This document shows, piece by piece, positions 18,349 through 25,345 of a DNA stretch of 43,371 nucleotides. Location of the stretch: NCBI GenBank assembly GCA_040905305.1, contig JBBDRU010000104.1:1-43371 (forward strand), in the 5' to 3' direction. The position numbers and the translations under genes are program-made. The stretch's first letter is position 1; each line of letters opens with the position of its first letter. Below the pieces are notes generated by a model that worked only from the letters and a program-made list of their open reading frames with translations, ran no database searches and was not told the origin of the DNA. The stretch is from Salibacteraceae bacterium (GTDB lineage: Bacteria > Bacteroidota > Bacteroidia > Flavobacteriales_G > Salibacteraceae).

Positions 18349-20781
18349 TTAAACATCCCCTTCTGCCTCTGCTTCCCCTTCAACATGAATGATATTCTCA
18401 ATTTCGTTCACAGCAAGCATTTCAGCATAGAGCTTACCTGTTTGTTTAGCTTCCGTTAGGTTTTCCTCAAGGGTAATAGCCATTGATAAGGGATGTGCCT
18501 TATTGTATTTTTCAAGCGACTGCGGCAATAATTGTGGATTAAGTAAGCAATGTATTACCAGTTTGAAGGTGGAACCTTCTTCTTCTAAATCCTTAGTATT
18601 GATTTGAAAATTTACTTTTTGTGTATTTGAAGCTGGTATTGGATTAGAGACCCCTCTGTTATTCTGTGACCAAGATTCTTTTAAGTGTGACTTAACTTCT
18701 TTTTCAGATTTGAGAATATCCTCAGCAGATTGATTTCTTACTATTCTAAAAGCCATTCTTAAGGGGCAATATCCTAATTGATTATTTTGTACTGGCTCAA
18801 AACTGAAACACAAGGTTGCAGATAATTTCAGTACGCCCTTCTTTCCTAAGTCTTCCTGTATTAAATAAGCCGGAAAGTTTAAAGGTATTATCTTCATTTC
18901 ATCCGGGTTGATCTCATCTTCAATAACAAAAGTTATGGCATTATCTGTTGAAGTGGTGCTTTTATCCGGGTTAACGACACCATAACCAGCAGTTTTATTT
19001 CTTAGCTTGACAACCGGATCGGCAAAAGGAATAGCATCCAGGGAGGCAGAATTTACTATCAGTGCCTTGATTGTCTGCACCCTTAATGTTGGATAGCTTT
19101 TCTGAATCTGGGCTGCAATGTTTGCAACTAAAGGAGTAGAAAAGCTGGTTCCGGCATGTCTGTAAAAACCGAAAGCAGGATTTGCAGATAATACTTCCAT
19201 CAAGGCATCATTATTTGTACCCACAAAGCCATTTCCTTGCTCGTAATCACCCCCGCCCTCAATTACATCCGGTTTGAACAAATGGGGATTGTTCTTTGTG
19301 AATCTTTTGTCTGGTTTTTTGTATTGTTCGAGGTCAATATGGCTTTTACGGGAGTATAATGTCGGAAATTCCCGACCATGAGAGATGCCTGCAAAAGTAC
19401 CATCTTGAAGATTGTCAGCCGCTGCACCAACGACAACATTGTTCATACTATCAGCAGGAGATGACAAGTTGGTTTCTTCTTCTTTAAAATAGTTGAGATC
19501 GTATCTGGTCTGGTTGATTGCGTTATTGTTGTTTGCTGTGCAAATGAAGATCAGACAGTCATTCTCATGAGCAAACTTGTCTAATTCGTAAGCGTAAGCT
19601 GAAAAATCTTCATTGGTCGCTTTGTGTGCCGAGTAACAGGTAGTAAGTACGAACAAACGCATCTCAGGATATTCAGCTTTGGCACGTTTCAGTAAATCCA
19701 ACACATCCAGCATGGATAAATGGCCACTATCCGCATCCAATATTTTCACAGAGAGCAGCCTTGCATCAGCCGGTATTTCTCCGATATAATTTACTGAATA
19801 GGGCTTTCTACCCAAGGCAGCCAGAGCAGCAATGGAAGTGCCGTGACCAAAACCGTCATTGGCGTTATCGACAAACGGACTACTTCCAGTGAGGTTAAAC
19901 CTATCATCATTTATCAATATAGGAGCTAATGGGGTTGTATTGCTTATTCCGGTATCTAATATCCCAATTGTAGGAAGATCCTCATCAGGGTTGCTGATTT
20001 CAAAACCGTAAGCTCTTTCAACCGTATTGAGTTCGGATGGGCGAACAACTGTTGACAGGGAAGAGGTTACACTTAGTAGAATATCAAAGTTCCTGGCTAT
20101 TTCTTCAATACTCTCCTGTGAGGCACCAAATACTTCAAGTACTCCAGTATCTTCAATTAACCGGTATTCGTACTCATTCTCTGTAAGGTATTGTTGCAAA
20201 CGATTGTAGATGGTAGAAACATCCTCTGAGCCAGCAGGAAACTCTATCAACTTGAAGTTCATCAGTTGTACCCGGTCCTGATAATCAAGAATGTCTTTTG
20301 TAGTTAGAAGTTTAAAGTCCCTGATGAATTTTACTTTTCCTCTGTACTCTGCCTGCTCGTTTTCACCGGATTCTTTCAGGATAAAATTTTGAATATCTTG
20401 CAAGAAAGTGGCAAACTTATCCTGATCCACTACCGCAAATAATACTTCCCGATTGAAATGAGAAAAATTAACACCTTCTAACCCAAACTCATTATAGTAG
20501 AACTGATAATAATCTTTGATATTAAATTGATCCTGAAACCTGATTTGTATGTAATCAATATGAGCAGGAATTTGCAGGGCTTCATTTCGTTCCTGTCTCC
20601 TGTTGGTCAAATCAGTATTTAGCCTAGCTAAGGATCCTCTGAACGTATCTACCATTGGCAGGTAATCCGGTTCTTCTTCCGCTCGATCTTCTTGACCTCC
20701 AAAACCATAATTGAAGTCCATTTTTATAGATTGTTCCTTCTGAGTTGAGGAGTTGAGCTTTATGTGCGGTTTCTTTGCCAT
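18349..20781 (-). CDS. S8 (subtilisin-family) serine peptidase, cytoplasmic, multi-domain (IetS-like candidate)
   Basis: Ordered triad motifs TIGILDTGIS (D276), GFGHGTSIA (H313) and HAGTSFSTPLVA (S546). 810 aa. No signal peptide or lipobox. The ~265-aa N-domain and ~200-aa C-domain are unassigned. An alternative start is M21 (20721). Confidence 0.9.
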   Translation of the reverse strand: MAKKPHIKLNSSTQKEQSIKMDFNYGFGGQEDRAEEEPDYLPMVDTFRGSLARLNTDLTNRRQERNEALQIPAHIDYIQIRFQDQFNIKDYYQFYYNEFGLEGVNFSHFNREVLFAVVDQDKFATFLQDIQNFILKESGENEQAEYRGKVKFIRDFKLLTTKDILDYQDRVQLMNFKLIEFPAGSEDVSTIYNRLQQYLTENEYEYRLIEDTGVLEVFGASQESIEEIARNFDILLSVTSSLSTVVRPSELNTVERAYGFEISNPDEDLPTIGILDTGISNTTPLAPILINDDRFNLTGSSPFVDNANDGFGHGTSIAALAALGRKPYSVNYIGEIPADARLLSVKILDADSGHLSMLDVLDLLKRAKAEYPEMRLFVLTTCYSAHKATNEDFSAYAYELDKFAHENDCLIFICTANNNNAINQTRYDLNYFKEEETNLSSPADSMNNVVVGAAADNLQDGTFAGISHGREFPTLYSRKSHIDLEQYKKPDKRFTKNNPHLFKPDVIEGGGDYEQGNGFVGTNNDALMEVLSANPAFGFYRHAGTSFSTPLVANIAAQIQKSYPTLRVQTIKALIVNSASLDAIPFADPVVKLRNKTAGYGVVNPDKSTTSTDNAITFVIEDEINPDEMKIIPLNFPAYLIQEDLGKKGVLKLSATLCFSFEPVQNNQLGYCPLRMAFRIVRNQSAEDILKSEKEVKSHLKESWSQNNRGVSNPIPASNTQKVNFQINTKDLEEEGSTFKLVIHCLLNPQLLPQSLEKYNKAHPLSMAITLEENLTEAKQTGKLYAEMLAVNEIENIIHVEGEAEAEGDV

Positions 20782-20795
20782 ATTGTAGTTGAACT

Positions 20796-21761
20796 TTAAC
20801 CCAATTCCATTTTTGCTATTTCATCCAAATCCACATTAAACACACACCCGTCTTTAAAACCACGGTTACCCAGTTTGCTGGTGGGGCGTTTTTTACAGTT
20901 GGCTTCAATGATTACCGAACCATTGCCAGGCTGCCAAGGGGCGAACCCAATTTCGGGCGTGGTGGAAAACCACAGCGAAATCAACGGTTTTTTCAAAGCT
21001 GCCGCGATGTGCATCAGCCCCGTGTCGTGAGAAATGACCTTCTCGGCTCGCTCAATAATGCTGGCAGATTGATTTAAACTGAATGCGCCACAAGCATTAA
21101 AAACTCGATTTCCACATACTTTCACTACTTCGTCTGCACGCTCACGGTCTTCAACACCCCCCAGTAAAATCATCGGTGATTTGATCTTTTCGCACAAGCG
21201 AATCATCTTATCTGTTGGTAGAATTTTTCCCTTCATTTTCCCTCCGATGGCATAAGCGATGTAACTGTCTCGAAACGGTTCGGGCAACATGGCAGGCATA
21301 ACAACGTCATCATCTGGGATGAAAAAATCCAGACCATTTCCATCATCCTCCACACCCAGTGGTTTCACGGCTTCAAAGCTGCGCTTTACTACATGGCCAA
21401 TTGGAAGTATTTCTCGCTTGACATTTACATAAATCCATTTGGCTACATTACGCTTATCTATAGTGAAGTTTAGTGATTTACAAGTATGCTTCACTTGCTT
21501 GGATCTCAGGTTGTTGTGCAGGTCAACTACATAATCATAATAACCGGGAACCAATTGGTCTTTCACTTCGCTCACGCGCTTGTCGATGGTGATAACCTTG
21601 TTGATATGAGGGTTTGCAGATAGCAACCCGGCATATACTTTTTTAGTGATAAAGTCTATTTGCACTTCCCCTTCAAGTTGTGATTTTAAAGCTCTTACAA
21701 CAGGCGTTGTGAGTACGATATCTCCAATGGAGCTGAAGCGGATGATGAGGATGCGGGTCAT
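20796..21761 (-). CDS. Glycosyltransferase family 9 (heptosyltransferase-like)
   Basis: MTRILIIRFSSIGDIVLTTPVVRALK is the typical GT9 N-terminus, and the C-terminal half has HDTGLMHIAAAL. The start is set at ATG 21761. Confidence 0.85.
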   Translation of the reverse strand: MTRILIIRFSSIGDIVLTTPVVRALKSQLEGEVQIDFITKKVYAGLLSANPHINKVITIDKRVSEVKDQLVPGYYDYVVDLHNNLRSKQVKHTCKSLNFTIDKRNVAKWIYVNVKREILPIGHVVKRSFEAVKPLGVEDDGNGLDFFIPDDDVVMPAMLPEPFRDSYIAYAIGGKMKGKILPTDKMIRLCEKIKSPMILLGGVEDRERADEVVKVCGNRVFNACGAFSLNQSASIIERAEKVISHDTGLMHIAAALKKPLISLWFSTTPEIGFAPWQPGNGSVIIEANCKKRPTSKLGNRGFKDGCVFNVDLDEIAKMELG

Positions 21762-21895
21762 AAAAACAGATCGCAAAGTTGCGTTTTTAGCGCGGATTTT
21801 AGCGCAAAGCGTTTAGATTCGAGCAGATCGGAAGAAACATTCCAACGGATTTTATCCGGTTACCCGCCTGAGAAAATCATTTCTCAAAAAAAGGC

Positions 21896-21926
21896 AAAAA
21901 AAAGAGGGCATCTTACGATGCCCTCT
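21896..21926 (-). terminator. Rho-independent terminator of the small lipoprotein gene
   Basis: Perfect 10-bp stem AGAGGGCATC-TTAC-GATGCCCTCT (21903-21926). It is followed on the minus strand by a T-run (plus-strand A-run 21896-21902). Confidence 0.65.
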
Positions 21927-21947
21927 TTCAATAGCTTTAAAGCTTGA

Positions 21948-22145
21948 TTAAGCTTCAGCCCAAGTACAAACATTGGTAGATGTACAAGCAGCCTCAGCAT
22001 CGTCAGCTTCGCTTTTAGAAAGACCATTGTATTCTGTAGTTGTAGAAATTCCAAATACTTCACAAGTACATGTGTAATCTTTCTTGCAAGAAGTACCTGC
22101 AAATACGAATGCTACAAGAGCAACTGGTAATAATAACTTTTTCAT
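21948..22145 (-). CDS. Small Cys-rich lipoprotein (65 aa)
   Basis: Signal peptide plus lipobox MKKLLLPVALVAFVFAGTSC. The mature ~45-aa peptide has four further cysteines (CTC...C...C). The gene has its own -7 box and terminator. Confidence 0.6.
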   Translation of the reverse strand: MKKLLLPVALVAFVFAGTSCKKDYTCTCEVFGISTTTEYNGLSKSEADDAEAACTSTNVCTWAEA

Positions 22146-22174
22146 TGTAATTAATTTTTGATTAGCAATTGGCG

Positions 22175-22182
22175 CAAATGTA
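22175..22182 (-). promoter_or_regulatory. Putative -7 promoter box for the small lipoprotein gene
   Basis: The minus strand reads TACATTTG (TAnnTTTG), about 30 nt upstream of ATG 22145. Confidence 0.35.
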
Positions 22183-22381
22183 ACCGTATTTCAATTACTA
22201 CAAAAATTTTTCTTAAAATGTGTTTATTGCAGCAAAATCAAGACACACAGGCGCAGGAAGGCTTTTTAGCATGTTTGAACTCCTCAAATTTGAATAGGCA
22301 CACGACCGATTTAATCGCTTTTTCAAACCACTCAGCGCATGCTCACCGCAAAAAAAGCAGAATATCGATAACTTTGACCGC

Positions 22382-23209
22382 ATGCTGATCGATAGTCATA
22401 CCCACATTTACCTGCCAGAATTTGATGAAGATTTTGACGAAATGATTCTCAGAGCCAGAAAGGAAAACGTTCAGGCATTTCTGCTTCCAAACATTGACGC
22501 CTTGTCCATTCAGGGTTTGCATCAAGTATGCGACCGCCTTCCAGACCATGCTTTCCCAATGATGGGATTGCATCCTTGTTCTGTCAAAGAGCAATACCTT
22601 GATGAATTGGAAGAAATAAAGCGGCATTTATTTCAGCCGGTGCGCAAATATTGGGCAGTAGGTGAAATCGGTATTGACCTGTATTGGGATAAATCTACGC
22701 TGAAAGCTCAAACCGAAGCACTAACACGACAAATTGAATGGGCAAAAACGCTTGACTTACCCGTTGTGTTACACATTCGAGATGCTTTTGACGAAACCTT
22801 TGAGGTTATTGATCGCCTCAACGATGAAAAACTACGTGGGGTTTTTCATTGTTTCACTGGAACTAGGCAACAAGCAGAACACATCATTGGCTATGGTGGA
22901 TTCAAACTGGGAATTGGCGGAGTTGTCACTTTTAAGAATGGTAAAATCGACCGTTTCATTCATGAAATCGACCTATCTCATATCATCCTTGAAACGGATG
23001 CGCCCTATCTCGCACCTGTCCCGCATAGAGGAAAAAGAAACGAGCCTGCCTATCTGGCACTGGTGGCTCAAAAACTTGCTGAGTGCTATGGTGTTTCGTT
23101 AGAGGAAGTTCAAAACGCAACCACCCAAAACTGTATTGACCTATTTCAACTAAACCTGCCTTCTGATGAGAATAATGATATTTCTAATTCTATGCATTTG
23201 GACGACTAG
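22382..23209 (+). CDS. tatD: TatD-family metal-dependent hydrolase/DNase
   Basis: MLIDSHTHIY start, with GEIGIDLYW, VLHIRDA, GVFHCFTG and ILETDAPYL motifs. A ~20-aa C-terminal tail overlaps the next ORF. Confidence 0.88.
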   Translation: MLIDSHTHIYLPEFDEDFDEMILRARKENVQAFLLPNIDALSIQGLHQVCDRLPDHAFPMMGLHPCSVKEQYLDELEEIKRHLFQPVRKYWAVGEIGIDLYWDKSTLKAQTEALTRQIEWAKTLDLPVVLHIRDAFDETFEVIDRLNDEKLRGVFHCFTGTRQQAEHIIGYGGFKLGIGGVVTFKNGKIDRFIHEIDLSHIILETDAPYLAPVPHRGKRNEPAYLALVAQKLAECYGVSLEEVQNATTQNCIDLFQLNLPSDENNDISNSMHLDD

Positions 23210-24326
23210 CGCATCTGCCCAAAATCACGATTCGAATGACATAAGCATAAGAGGATATGCCGATGCTTATTACTCATGGTATTCCAACGCAAATCAGGTA
23301 GCACTTCAACAGCACGATGCCATAGGCGCCTTTCACAATAACTTCGGGCTCAACATAGCTCAGGTTAGCACGGCATATAATGGTGACAGAATCAGGGGAG
23401 TTGCTACTGTTCATTTTGGTGATATTCCTTTGATAACCTGGCAACCAAAATATCGAAATATACAAGAAGCCAACGCGGGAATCCGAATCTTCAAGCGCTT
23501 TTGGTTGGATGTGGGTTTTTTCAAAACGCATGTAGGTACCGAAAGCTTCTTGCCTAAGGACAACCTCACCAGCATCATAACACTAGCTACCTTCTACGGG
23601 CCATTTTATCAAAGCGGTGCTAGGTTGAGTTATGACACCGATTCTGATTGGCATTTTGAATTGCATGCCATAAACGGATACAACCTTCACATTGATGACA
23701 ATGAATTCAAGACCTTCGGAGCGCTTGTTAGCAAAAAATGGAACGACCGCTTTTTCACCAGCTATTCAAACATGCTCGGACAAGAAAATGTAGGTCAATT
23801 ACAGGACGGGTATTTGGTGTATCAAAATGCCTTTATTCATGCATCCTTGAAAAAGTGGGACATTCAAATCGGTGGTGATATCGCACTTGCCAACGAATGG
23901 CGAACAAATGATGGGTGGTTGAGTAAACCCCTCTATAATGGACTGGTCACTGCAAAATACCATCTTGACGAGCGCTTTTCCATCGCCATGCGCGGAGAAA
24001 TTTTTAGCGATGCGCTTGCCATCAACAGCCGAAGAATAATTCCCATTCATGCAGAGTCTTCATCCCTCTCTTATCCGAGCCGATACAATGCAAATGCTGG
24101 AATGACCATCTATGGAGGAACCATTAGCCTTGAATACAAACCCAATGATCATGGTTTCTTTAGAATTGAATCCAGAACTCTATTTGACCCCGATGCACTT
24201 TATACCGAGCACCCTGATGGTTTTAATGCGGAAGTCGTTGGCTTAAACCCGATGCTAACTAGCCGAACACAAGTGATGGCCACCATTGCTTTTTATTTCG
24301 AGAAAACCTTCAAATTCGCACGGTGA
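23166..24326 (+). CDS. Outer-membrane beta-barrel (porin-like) protein
   Basis: Signal peptide MRIMIFLILCIWTTSASAQ. Alternating-hydrophobic beta-strand pattern with aromatic residues near the C-terminus (...FYFEKTFKFAR). The family is not recognised more precisely. Confidence 0.6.
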   Translation: MRIMIFLILCIWTTSASAQNHDSNDISIRGYADAYYSWYSNANQVALQQHDAIGAFHNNFGLNIAQVSTAYNGDRIRGVATVHFGDIPLITWQPKYRNIQEANAGIRIFKRFWLDVGFFKTHVGTESFLPKDNLTSIITLATFYGPFYQSGARLSYDTDSDWHFELHAINGYNLHIDDNEFKTFGALVSKKWNDRFFTSYSNMLGQENVGQLQDGYLVYQNAFIHASLKKWDIQIGGDIALANEWRTNDGWLSKPLYNGLVTAKYHLDERFSIAMRGEIFSDALAINSRRIIPIHAESSSLSYPSRYNANAGMTIYGGTISLEYKPNDHGFFRIESRTLFDPDALYTEHPDGFNAEVVGLNPMLTSRTQVMATIAFYFEKTFKFAR

Positions 24327-25345
24327 ATTCTATTCTTATTATTTATACCGGTGGCACTATTGGCATGATCGAATCAGAAGACCGCCAAAACTTAGTGCCG
24401 TTTAATCTTGAGCAGGTGCTTGAAAAAGTGCCTGAACTCAAGAAAATTGATGCCCGATTGGACTCGATATCTTTCGAAAATCCAATCGATAGCTCAGACA
24501 TGCAACCCGAGCATTGGAACAGCATTGCACTTCTCATCGAAGAACGATACGAAATGTATGATGGCTTTGTAGTTCTTCATGGCTCAGACACCCTGGCATA
24601 CACCGCCTCTGCCTTGAGCTTTATGTTTGATGGCCTTTCAAAACCGGTGATTCTAACCGGGTCACAACTGCCAATCGGAATGATCAGAACCGATGCGCGT
24701 GAAAACCTGATCACTGCCGTTGAGTTTGCTGCACGAACCTTACACGAAGAACCGGTGATTCAAGAAGTAGCGGTATATTTTGAAGACCTACTCTATCGCG
24801 GAAACCGCACGAAAAAATACAGCACCGAAGCTTTCGATGCTTTCATCTCGCCAAATTATCCGGTGCTCGGTGAAGCGGGTGTAAACTTGAATTTTGATTA
24901 CGAAGAGCTTTATCGATCAGATGCCGATGAGTTTAAAGTGGTTTATGGTTTTGATAACCGCGTAGCTGTGCTTACATTATTTCCCGGTATTTCAGAACAT
25001 TTGATTCGTTCTGTGCTGTCGAATCCTGAATTGCGTGGCATTGTAATGATGACATTTGGATCTGGAAATGCGCCAACACAGCAGTGGTTTTTAAATGCTG
25101 TTTCCGAAGCCGTTGATAGAGGCCTGGTGATTGTAAACGTTACGCAGTGCGCCAAAGGAAAGGTAGAACAGGGTAAGTATGAAACCAGTGTTGGTTTGCT
25201 TAATTGCGGTGTAGTGAGTTGTGGTGATATGACCGTGGAAGCCACCCTTACTAAAATGATGTTTTTACTAGGCCAAAGTGGCGACAGCGATTGGGTAAGA
25301 GACAAAATGGCAACGAACCTTCGAGGCGAATTATCTGTGAGTTAA
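24323..25345 (+). CDS. ansA: Type I L-asparaginase
   Basis: ILIIYTGGTIGM (catalytic Thr motif) and VVLHGSDTLAYTA. 340 aa. The GTG start overlaps the preceding stop (GTGA). Confidence 0.9.
   Translation: MNSILIIYTGGTIGMIESEDRQNLVPFNLEQVLEKVPELKKIDARLDSISFENPIDSSDMQPEHWNSIALLIEERYEMYDGFVVLHGSDTLAYTASALSFMFDGLSKPVILTGSQLPIGMIRTDARENLITAVEFAARTLHEEPVIQEVAVYFEDLLYRGNRTKKYSTEAFDAFISPNYPVLGEAGVNLNFDYEELYRSDADEFKVVYGFDNRVAVLTLFPGISEHLIRSVLSNPELRGIVMMTFGSGNAPTQQWFLNAVSEAVDRGLVIVNVTQCAKGKVEQGKYETSVGLLNCGVVSCGDMTVEATLTKMMFLLGQSGDSDWVRDKMATNLRGELSVS

Noticed and set aside
17291-20790. Hexamer ATTGTA directly outside both outward-facing start codons of the AAA/S8 module (17293-17298 and 20784-20789) as a target-site duplication
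   Set aside because: A 6-mer match in AT-rich DNA is expected by chance. There are no flanking inverted repeats or a recombinase to support a transposition event.
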